Shown one piece after another: positions 53,661 to 64,000 of a DNA stretch of 64,000 nt (within the stretch, counting starts at the first letter, position 1; the number at the start of each line of letters is the position of its first letter). The notes below the pieces were generated by a model that saw only the letters and a list, made by a program, of their open reading frames with translations, had not been told where the DNA came from and searched no databases. Source of the stretch: the human T2T-CHM13v2.0 reference genome, Homo sapiens. Made by a program: the position numbers and the translations under genes. Where the stretch lies: assembly GCF_009914755.1 (NCBI RefSeq), contig NC_060926.1; one strand, written 5' to 3'.

Positions 53661-54218
53661 GCTAATCTTAGTGCCCATAATGCCTACTATCCCATTATAA
53701 GGAAAACACACGTCCACAGCCCCTGCTATAAGATGAGACTAAATCACTTGTTATGCAGAGGTACAGGAATATGTTCAATTAAAACAATAACAATGCCAAA
53801 GCGTGAAATTCATAGCACCATGAATATAAAAATAAAACATCTTAGTAAACAAGACATGTGGGGCTGAATTTTCACCTCATCACATCTGTGAATTCTTAGA
53901 TGCATTTCTTAGACACATGATTTTTCTGGATTACTATTATATATAATTGACATACATATTTACTTTTCTAGTACTTCTGGAATGATATAAAATACAGGAC
54001 AATTACTCTTCCCATAGCTCTATTAATACATTTGATTATTTTAAAAATCATTATTTCAGTGATTTATGTCTAAGTTTGTCAGACTCCTTTCCCTTAAGCA
54101 CCACTTCCAATTTCTGATATTAAGCATGTCCAGCACAGCTTGGGCCAACTACATGGGCCCTTCCTGATGTTACAACACATCTTTCTAGCTTTCCTTACAC
54201 CACACTGTGACATGTACT

Positions 54219-54692
54219 TGTAGGAGAAGAAGGATTTATTTCCGTACTCATCACTAGGCTCATAGCTGAGGCACCTATAGCACAAGACAGAATAACAAAA
54301 GAAAAACAACCAGATTTATTTAATAAGTTTTATGTGACATAGGAGCCTTCATAAGGAAATGAAGACCCAAAGAAACAGATAAACCTGGATGTTTTTATGC
54401 TTTGGTTTGAAGAAGAGTGGATGGCGGTAGAGAAGTATATGATTAGACAAAGGAGGTACGATCTAATGGTAATAAACTGGGGGGAATTTAGCAAGGCCTG
54501 CTTGTTCAGATTTTCCTCTGTGTCTTTGAGGATAAGGATGTTCCTTTCCTCTGGATATAGGGAGGGTCCATCTAAAATGAGGCTTTATGAGCTGCTTCAA
54601 GGGAAAATGCCAAAGGGAAGGTGAGGTGCTTCTGCTGATTTCTTAAACACCAAGGTACCTTATTTGGAGGTAGCAGGATCTGGATTCCATCA
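54219..54692 (-). mobile_element. MER31-like ERV1 solo LTR
   Basis: TGTAGGAGAAG..GTTTTATGTGACATAGGAGCCTTCATAAGGAAATGAAGACCC..CCAAGGTACCTTATTTGGAGGTAGCA..CCATCA. Confidence 0.8.
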
Positions 54693-54807
54693 ACCAGCAG
54701 AGGCTTACTCTGAGGAGTCAACAAGAGCATCAGTATGGACCAGCAGTTCCCTCAGGAAGCCAGGCAATGGGCCAGCCTCCCTTCCCCAGGCCAAGATGGG
54801 CTGAGTC

Positions 54808-55160
54808 CAAAGCTTACAAACTAAGTGTCCATACAGGCAGAGCAGGTGACGTAACTGAGTGAGGTGGCTGGGTGTGAAGCAATCAGGAGAGCACGTGGAA
54901 ACTGTAGTGTTCCTGCCCTCCACCCCCTATGCCACCTCTCTGCCTAAGCAGATTATTACCACGTGGGATGGTGGCCAGTGTTGCCAGCTCCTCTGATTTT
55001 CCCACAGAACTCAGAAACCCAAATTTTTGTGTAAAGTCACTGAGTTTTTAAACATAATTGGACAATTTTAGTGTGTTTTTAAATTATATGAGTTAAGTTA
55101 CACATGCCCTTGACTATGGGCCTGCAGATAGGACCTATAGATGCCAGTTTGCAACTCCCA
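54808..55160. mobile_element. MER102-like hAT-Charlie element
   Basis: CAGGTGACGTAACTGAGTGA..CCAGTGTTGCCAG..TTTTTGTGTAAA..GCCAGTTTGCAACTC. Confidence 0.65.
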
Positions 55161-56313
55161 CCTTCAGCCCTGAAGATGGCGGCAGCTGCTCCTTTCCTGT
55201 CACTCCATTGCTCCATTACATGGTGCTCTCTCTCAAGCCTCTGTCCCCTCCCCTTGGCTTTTCCTCTGCCTCTCTTCTGTTCTGACTCATGTCATCCTAA
55301 TTCCTTCAGCCCGCACCCTCACTCCCTCCTCTAATGCTGTCCTCATGTCAAATTTCCATTATAATGATGATATAAAAAGACCTGATCCCCAAATTAAACA
55401 AAGCAACTTATGAAAAATCAAAATGAGTAAAGCTTTCAAATCTTGCATTAAAAGGTACCCAGTAGACTCCTCTATCCCTATGGGCACTTTATAAGTATTA
55501 ATATTTCAAATGCTCATGATTGAATTGAGTTTATTTTTTATTCCTATTGGATGGCACCTCATACATATGCTGTCTGCTGTCTTTTCTCTTTAAGTTCTTG
55601 AAGTGAAGAGCCCTGTCAGCTCCCCCTGTTCAACCACTCCACTTTCTTCATGCCCCCAGCTCCTCTCTGCAAATATAAAGCTGTTAACACCTCAGAAGTC
55701 TCTCTTCTGAGCTGGACCACAGTGGTGCCTGGGGCTTCCTTGGCCTCCTGGTGGTTCTGTCCCTTCAGCCCTGCTGTGATCAGGAGCTCTCCGTGAGAAC
55801 GGTGCAGCTCTTTATGCAGCACCTCAGTAATGCAACTCTCCACCTGCACTAGGGCATGTGCAGCCCTCATTTTTTGGGTCTGTCACAATTTTTGGCCATT
55901 TCACAGGGCTAGGATGTCAAAAATAGGGCTAATCTTACAGCTACAGAGAGTAGGCAGTTGCCTATATAATGAGACGCACCCAAGTAATACAATAATATAA
56001 AAACTTAAAACATCCCCACCTGTTCACTATGACTGAAACCTCAGGCCAACCTCTTCATTCCACCACAGAGGTGCAGGAGTCTCTGTCCTGGGAAAAGCTT
56101 CCACACACTAAAGGCCATACCGAAGGGCAACTACTGATGTCAGGCATGTCCCTGAAAGCAAGCTTGATTGTGGGAGAAACAAAAGACATGGGGCCCCTGA
56201 AGCAGGTATAAGGCCCCACAGAGGGGGTGAAGCAGGTGGTTATGCACTATTTTGCCTGGAGCTCAGCCAGTGCGTGTGCCCACCAAGGCAGGAGAGTAAG
56301 AATTTAGGGAAGT

Positions 56314-56932
56314 TAGTTCAATCACTGTGGAAGACAGTGTGGAAATTCCTCAAGGATCTAGAACAAGAAATACCATTTGACCCAGCAATCCCATTACTGG
56401 GTATATACCCAAAGGAATATAAATCATTCTATTATAAAGATACATGCACACGTCTGTTTACTGCAGCACTATTCACAATAGCAAAGACATGGAACCAACA
56501 CAAATGCCCATCAGTGATAGATTGGATAAAGAAAATGTGGTGCATATACACCATGGAATACTATGCAGCCATAAAAAGGAATGAGATCATGTCCTTTGCA
56601 GGGACATGGATGAAGCTAGAAGCCATTATCCTCAGCAAACTAACACAGGAACAGAAAACCAAATACCACATGTTCTCACTCATAAGTGGGAGTTGAACAG
56701 TGAGAACACATGGACACAGGGAGGGGAACAACACACACTGGAGCCTGTCGGGGGTGTGGGGGAAAGGGGAGGAAGAACATCAGGACAAATAGCTAATGCA
56801 TGTGGGGCTTAAAACCTAGGTGATGGGTTGATAGGTGCAGCAAACCACCATGGCACACATATACCGATGTAACAAACCTGCACATTCTGCACATGTATCC
56901 TGGAACTTAAAGTAAAATTAAAAAAAAAAAAA
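56314..56932 (+). mobile_element. 5'-truncated L1PA (about PA8-11) with ORF2 C-terminus and 3' UTR
   Basis: ORF 56274..56696 encodes the L1 ORF2 C-terminus (PFDPAIPLLGIYPK..WIKKMW). Poly(A) tail and a perfect 16-bp TSD AAGAATTTAGGGAAGT at 56298-56313 and 56933-56948. Confidence 0.96.
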
Positions 56933-59205
56933 AAGAATTTAGGGAAGTACTTTAACCTTCCTCCAGTCATTAAGACAAGATCAAAACCCTAACCCACCTT
57001 CCCCAACCTCTCAGCATTCACCATATTTAAACAGGCAACTCTGGAGACAGATAAAATCTACTGGAGTCTCATGCTGGTAATTCCTTAAGCTGAAGACTTG
57101 AAGGCAAGTCCTTTCTCATGGAGGAATTTCACTTTCCTGGTCCAACAGAGATACAGCCCAGAGGGCAAACTCCCCAGTTGGGCATAATTCTTTGGGTGAA
57201 ATGTTTAAAAGAGTCCTGACAACATAGAGCAGCAATTTCCATGCAAATGTGTGCCTGTGGGGGGAAAATGCAATTGGCCCAACAATCTTGTACTGATGGT
57301 GCACCCCCTTCCCACTCCACTGGGGTGTGGAAACATGACTTGAAGAAATCTATCTATTTGTTCAGCTTTTCTCCCTCTGAGCGTGCCAAACATAAATGAC
57401 TTCTGTGTTTCAAAAGAGGTGCTTGCTCCACGCTGCTGCTCTGTGTCAAGGACTACGTGGAGATGAGAAGCTGTAGTCCCCTCCTTCCCAGTGAGGCTAC
57501 GGGAACAAAGGCAGTGTTTTTTTGTTTTTGTTTTTGTTTTTTTCAGAAAGAAAGAAAAATATGGCAGGACATTGATGTTTTTTGAAACAAAAAAGGATGA
57601 TTAACAATGTGGGATTTACAAAGAAAAATAATAGTAATAATCTACTGAACTTGGTGAATGCCACATGATCACAGTGCTTCAACCGACCCACCCACCTCAG
57701 CTCTGATGGCCGCGGGCCACCTGGGACAGTGGTGGATGTAGTAGTGGAAAGAGCTCAGGACCAGGAGATTGTTCTGGTCTCTGCCACTTAATTCATGAAT
57801 TTAAGATGAATTAGGGCAAACTGAAATAAGCATGATGGGGTTGAACTAGCTCAGGGGTCTTCAAACAGGGGTACAGGTACACAAGCCTTGAAGCATTAAG
57901 ACTTTGCAAGTAGCACATGGGCAGAATCAATCGCCAAATCTTCCATTTCAGCAAATTTCTTTCCTGCAATTAATCTGCCTAAGATTGTGCCACAAATACT
58001 TTTTCCCCAATATTCCTTTTCCTTCTTCGTAAAAAAAAAAAAAAAAAAAAATTAATATCCACCTCAGTCTTCAGCCACCACAGTCTGACTGAGGTACCAT
58101 TTTCCTGGGGTGCAAAAACCTCCATGGCTCCCTCTGGAGGGAGAGTCCTCAGAGAAAAAAGCAAGGGGGCTTCAGAAGGAAATATGGATATTGAAGAGAG
58201 GCAAAAAAGTCATGACAACCCTCTGCACCAATATCCTTCCTTTCTTCTTCCTTCCCTGTCTCCCTCGTTCCCTTCTTTCATTTCTTAGAACTAGAATTCA
58301 GACGCGAGAAGGTTCCAAAAGGCCATGTTCTAATACCTTTATTTGAGTTTTAAAAATGTAATAAGATTTTTTCTGACAGAAAGTGAGTCCAAATTGGCAG
58401 AATGGCTTGACAATAAGGACTAGCTTTGCCAATTAATTTATATGATGCACACTCTCCTTGAATTTAATGAGCTAAAGCTGCAGCTCCAATGTTCAGATGA
58501 AAATATACTTTAATCATGGATATATCTAAAGGATACATCATCTAATGTACACTTTGCAACTATTTAAATTTATGATAAAAAATACTTAGATGTCAACTCG
58601 GAAAGACTCTTTCAAAATTATTTTATGGAATACATGAGAAAAGTCTGAAGTCACAAGTCTAATTAATTCTTGTCAAGTCAAACTGCCTGTGAAATTCCTT
58701 GGCCTCTTCTCTTTCTCCCTCTCTCTGTATCCAGCCCTATCCCCCACTCTCCTAACCTCCCAAACATCTCAACCACCTTACAGAGGAGGGGGCTACAACA
58801 AACAGGCTGAACATCTCAACTTATTCAGAAAAAAATAATAAACTGGTTTTGTTCCCATTTCCCTCAATGGATTAATTTAGTATTTCCTTCCCACAGGTAA
58901 GAAATAAATATGTTATTCAAGGTCAGACAGAGTAACAACCTATCTTCTTAACTTTCTGTTTGTAATGAATACCATTAATACAATTCTCTTTTTTGTCCAC
59001 AATCACCACTTCTGGGTGTGAAAATCAGAAGAGAAAAGCACATAGGAATAGATATCAATATACAGATATCTCCCTTTCCATTTGCTTGAGTAATGGAAGG
59101 CCACAGTGGTAAATGTTTCAATTTTTACCAGCAACCCTCAGAAAAAGAGACAAACTCCCCAGTGACTCTTGGTAGCTACACTACCCAGCTGGTTCTTGCT
59201 CTAGA

Positions 59206-59650
59206 CAAAAGTGTTTTAATTTTGTGCATGGCCCCCTTGGTAGTCAGGGGAATCCTATGGACCCCTTCTCAGAGTATGTAAAACAAATGAATAGGATTGC
59301 AAAAGGAGCTAATTATCTTGATATACTCTTATCAAAATATTTTCTAAAACATTCTGGTGCATAGTAATGCATGTGCTTTTTCAGTAACATTAAATAGCAA
59401 GTGTCAGTGGCAGGAGTAACAACTATCACAATTTTAAAGTAGTGATTGGTATAAATGATATTTTGAAATATCTGCAACCATTATAATGTTATATGAACAT
59501 ATCTATAATTTGGTGACAAATTCACAAATATCGTTGATATTACTGGGGCTTGTTGCTTGTATACATCATAAAAAGTGATGTTAAATTTCAGTTGGAGTTC
59601 AGTGAAAATAAAGACAAGTTTTTTTCCCATCCAAGTTCATGGATACCCCG
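59206..59650 (+). mobile_element. Charlie4a-like hAT DNA transposon
   Basis: CCTATGGACCCCTTCTCAGA..ATATCTGCAAC..TAAATTTCAGTT..CCCATCCAAGTTCATGGA. Confidence 0.85.
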
Positions 59651-59799
59651 CTCAAGACAAATTGTGATGGAGGCAATATTTAAAAGGCCTGCTCCCCTTT
59701 CCCTTTGGCCCCTTTACTCTTCTGGCTGTCCCTTCCTTCCCAAGGTACCCACTCTGCAGTAGCTTTAGTTAGTGTTACCTGTCGTGATGGCTCATGAGT

Positions 59800-59985
59800 A
59801 ATAATCACTATTCCTTGACTGTCTACCATTTTGCATATATCATTTGTACACTTTACAACAACCCTCCAAAGCATTTTATGAATGGAGCAATTAAAGCTCA
59901 GAGAGGTTAAATAACTTGTTCAGGGCAACAAAGTCGAAGATTTGGGGGTTTAAACTCAGGTCTCTGTAGCTTAAAGCTTACTCCC
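59800..59985 (-). mobile_element. MIR SINE
   Basis: ACAACAACCCT..GCTCAGAGAGGTTAAATAACTTG..TTTAAACTCAGGTCT. Confidence 0.65.
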
Positions 59986-60034
59986 ATTTTCACTGCACTA
60001 CACTGCCCCCTAGTATGAAGGAATCTTGGAATTT

Positions 60035-60348
60035 TGTTGTTGTTGTTTTGTTTGTTTGCTTGTTTGTTTGTTTTTGAGACAGTTTTGCTCTGTCACCCAG
60101 GCTGGAGTCCAGTAGCATGATCTTGACTCACTGCAGCCTTGACCTCCTGGGCTCAAGCAATCCTCCCACCTCAGCCCTCCAAGTAGCTGGGACCACAGGT
60201 GTGTGCCACCACACCTGGCTACTTTTTTTGGAGAGATGGGGGTCTCACTGTGTTGCCCATGCTGGTCTCAAGCTCCTGGGCTCAAGTGATCCTCCCACCT
60301 GGGCCTCCCAAAATGCTGGAATTACAGACATGAGCCACCTCATCTGGC
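60035..60348 (-). mobile_element. AluJ (Jo-like)
   Basis: (TTTG)n tail and CAGCCTTGACCTCCTGGGCTCAAG. TSD AATCTTGGA at 60022 and 60351. Confidence 0.93.
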
Positions 60349-62089
60349 AAAATCTTGGATTTTAGTAGAGAGTTTCTTAAAACCCAGTACTTCCCATAAA
60401 TCAATTTCTAATGGAATTTCAGGGATCAGCAAAGGTAAACCTACTTGGAGATGAGGAGTCCACCCTTCCATCTTTCTACACAAGTGACCATTCTCCTCAC
60501 CCACCACCCCACTTCTGCAGAGAGGGAAGGAGCTGGGCCAAATCGCAGAAATGTACCCACCACCTTTGTGAGGTCTGCATGAGTTATAGGACATATGGAC
60601 AAACAGAACCCTTTTATATTTTAGGTGGGGGGGAAAGGGAGACTGAGGAAGGACATTTATTGCCTGACTGCCATTCCAGGAAGGTTCTAGATGCATTCTT
60701 AAAATGTTTTAATTACTCCCAACACAGTAAAGAAACTATTATCCCTACTTTGTAGAGCAGGAACTGAACACCAAAAAAAGATTAAAGAAAATGAAATGTA
60801 AAGAATCTCCCCAACCCTATAGCTTCACAATAGCTTTCTGTCGTTATAAGCAGATTTCACAAATCCTAGAAGGAAGCAAGCACTGGCTGAAGGAAGAAGA
60901 GTATCAAAAACACTCTTTCACAATCTAAGTTTGCAGACAACTTGAAAGCAATGTCCCTGCACTATTAATAGACTGTAACCTCCCCAAAGTAAGAGACCAT
61001 GTCCCTGGCGTGTCTGTACTCCACAGAGGATATTCACGGTGATTGTTTAGTTGAACTAAGGCAGCGCTGGCCCATGAACTTTCTATGTAACTCTTCAGAG
61101 CATCCCAGGCATTTCTTTGCCAGTAGAGGACACTCAAAGTTTCTAGCAAGTTGATTTCCAAAGTCATAAACTTTCTGGACAATGCTGTATTCATTAATCA
61201 TTGAAATGGGATCCATCTTTATCTAATCCCTTTCTCCTCTCCTACCAAGTTTCTTGGCAGTTTAAAGCAGATCTGGTAAGTACTGTACCCACCACAACCA
61301 CTGGATTACATCCCCCATCTGGCTTTTTACTAAGATTTGTCATGGTCAAATATGTGGTATTCTATTGAGTGCGTTAGAAAATTAAGATAAATGACAATAG
61401 ATTTACTCTAACATCTTTTATACTACAAACATTATTTGTAAAATTCTGCACTAGTCTCTAGCTAAATTTTCTCCAGTCTTCCTTATCTAGTGTTAATTCT
61501 AAGAAACCATTTTTCAATAAATATTTATAAGCACCTACTATGAGATCTGTACTATTCTAAGTACAAGGAGTAGGGAAGAGGTGAATGCATTCATCTGATT
61601 ACAATACAATGTGATAAGTGCTAAACAGCAGTATAAATGCAACTCAATGAATGAATGGAGAAGTTATACATTTACATAGTATTTCACATTTTTAAAATTG
61701 CTTTCATATAGTGTTTTCCTCAACACCACATCTCCTTCCCTATGTGGTAGGTAGGAAAGATATTATGACCAAACTTTATCAAGGTTGCAAGATTTGCCCA
61801 AGTTCTGACAGTGTATCAGTAAGAGAACTAAAGGTAGAGTCCAAACCACAAAGATCTAGCCCAGTACTTGAGTCTCTACTTTCACTACTCATTCCTTTCC
61901 CGGGCAGACTACTTTCCCACATAGCCAATGTCATTCAATAAAACTGCACATTAAGATATTCTGAAATCTCACAATCCCACTTATGAAGGAAACCCTTGAA
62001 GTTCTACATCTCACTCCAAACTTCCACATGCAATTATTCCACCAGGCCAATGAGTGGGAATGGTCCATAAACTATGACTTCTATCCTCA

Positions 62090-62610
62090 GGGGTTCCACT
62101 TATCTATTGCTATGGAACAAATTATTCTAAAACCCAATGGTTCAAAACAACTACCATTTTATTATGTCATATGATGTTGCCTGTCAGGAATTTGGACTAG
62201 GCTCAGCTGATGAGCCCACATCGTTCCACAAAATGTTGATGGTGATCACTCTGCTGTATGCAGCTGGCAGATGGCCAATGGCCTCAATCACATGTCTGAC
62301 ACCTTGTAGGGAAGACAGATTGTTGTAAAGTTGGACTTAGCCAGAACTATCACCAGAGCATTTCTATGCAGCCCTTCTAGTATGGCAGCCTTAAGGTAGT
62401 CGGACTTCTTACCTGGAATCTCAGGGCTGAAGAGTGATAAGGCAGAAGCTGCATGGTCTTGTGATCCAGCCTCAGTAACAGCCTCATGGCATCACTTCCA
62501 TCATGCTTTTTTGGGCAAAGCAGTCACAAGTCTGCCCAGATTTAAAAAGAGAGGACACAGAGCTCTATCTCTCCATGAGAAGAGTGTCAAAGAGTTCGTA
62601 GCCACGTTAT
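62090..62610 (-). mobile_element. MLT1H/F-like MaLR LTR
   Basis: TATCTATTGCT..GTCAGGAATTTGG..GGCAGAAGCTGCA..AAAGCAGTCACAAG..CCCAGATT. Confidence 0.75.
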
Positions 62611-63107
62611 GTGTTTCTTATATTAATTTATAATTCCTCTTCTTGACCAACCGTGGCCAAGAGAGTTGCCTCTGTTCCAGTCCCAACCATTTCCTCTTCT
62701 TATGTCACCCAAGATTGCTAGCCCTCTTCTGCCTGTTCCGCACCTACTACATGTTCTTGTCTCCTGCAGTGTCATGCTGGATGTTCACATCCTATATCAG
62801 GACCTATATTACACAAGGTTCTCAGTCTTTGTCTATGGCTGCATGAGGTATACACTAAGGTATTGAGTCTTTCTTAATTTTGTTTAAAGGTGCTATTGTT
62901 GTTTGTTTAGTGCCAAGAATGGCTGCTCTCTCCATTGGCACTGCTTTCGCACTGTTCAGTTCCTGAGGCATTCTGCAGCTTCCTTATATACATATCAGCT
63001 CTGCATGATCTTTGCCAACTTAAAATTGTGCTCTCAGAGTAGGGTCTTTACTTGTCCTAATAGAATTTTTTGCTCCCAACAGTACGCTTGGGACAAAACT
63101 GCAAAAT

Positions 63108-63330
63108 AGATGAGAATACAAGCTCTGGAGTCAGAAAGATCTGGGTTTTTAATTACAGCTCCACCATTTACTGTGAGATCTTGTCCAAGCTACTTAATAT
63201 CTCTAAACCTTAGTGTCCTCATCTGTAAAATAGAGACAAAGGTATACACTTCATGGAGTTGTCAAAAGGATAAAGAGCATTGCATAGACGAAGCCATTAT
63301 CATATTGCCTGGTACTTGGTAACTATAGTA
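63108..63330 (+). mobile_element. MIR SINE
   Basis: GCTCTGGAGTCAGAAAGATCTGGGTT..CCTCATCTGTAAAAT..TGCCTGGTAC. Confidence 0.75.
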
Positions 63331-64000
63331 ATAGTAGCACTACTGGTAGTATCGATGGTGATTAACAATATCTGACTGATAAAGGACTACAATGGTTTAA
63401 AGTGCTGATAAAGATGGAAATGGACTTTTACACCTCCAATCTTCTCTCTATAGATACTTAAACTGAACTTAAGTAAAAATGTAGACATGCACACAAGTAT
63501 ACACATACCTGCATGTGTCAAGTTAAAATATTTATATTTTATTTTATCTAATAAAATATTTTTATTTTATACAGATATGTCAAGTTAAAATATTCATATT
63601 TCCCCTTTTCACCAGGTGTATTTTATTTATATTTCTTAAATGTCCATGTAGGTGTTTTCTGTCAGTCATTCATACCAGCATTTCAAGTAATTTTTACTAA
63701 GAGAATTTACCTGTCTTAGAAAAACATTCAGATGCAATTGTTAGGTTCAGCTGCTCCTAAAGAATACAGCATGATGAAAATGTCTCTAGAGCATCATAAA
63801 GAAACATTTCAATATTTAAGATGGCTGGATTGACTCCAAGGACTGAGAGACAGTCTGTCTATCACCAGCTCAGCTTCAGAAATACAGTTCTTGGCTCCAG
63901 TTTGCAGTTCAATGTATGTGATCAGTGCAAATACAAGGTGAATAAATCTTAAAGATACCGAACTAAGTTATTTCTCAACACAAGAACACAAGGGACAACA

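Noticed and set aside
55616-55870. 84-aa minus-strand ORF in a GC-richer patch
   Set aside because: No recognisable homology or clear exon boundaries, so coding status cannot be supported.
56274-56696. 140-aa ORF with real protein similarity
   Set aside because: It is the C-terminal fragment of L1 ORF2 in a 5'-truncated copy, not a gene. The same applies to 10881-11123.

Overview
This window is primate, almost certainly human, non-coding genomic DNA (intronic or intergenic). It contains an AluYb8, a human-specific subfamily. Recognisable interspersed repeats dominate: 9 Alus, L1PA/L1MA/L1MB/L1MC/L1ME fragments, many MIR and L2 relics, MaLR/ERVL/ERV1 solo LTRs and hAT/Tigger/Mariner relics. 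Microsatellites and several AT-rich, repeat-free stretches that look like regulatory or conserved non-coding DNA make up much of the rest. I found no protein-coding gene, RNA gene or CRISPR array that I can support, and I cannot name the locus. The ORF track reflects repeat-derived or chance ORFs; the only ones homologous to a real protein are L1 ORF2 C-terminal fragments. The sequence does not support a wholly new biological system. The most notable signals are: a triple-nested AluS>AluY>AluYb8 with readable target-site duplications (TSDs); a multi-template-switch scar inside an AluJ; a 4x18-bp minisatellite of CTCF/E-box-like motifs; an L2 hosting four successive insertions; a candidate recursive splice site; an RFX/PBX-HOX/FOX motif cluster; and a weak minus-strand exon-pair candidate. 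Subfamily names come from recall of consensus sequences, not from RepeatMasker, and boundaries of old repeats are approximate.
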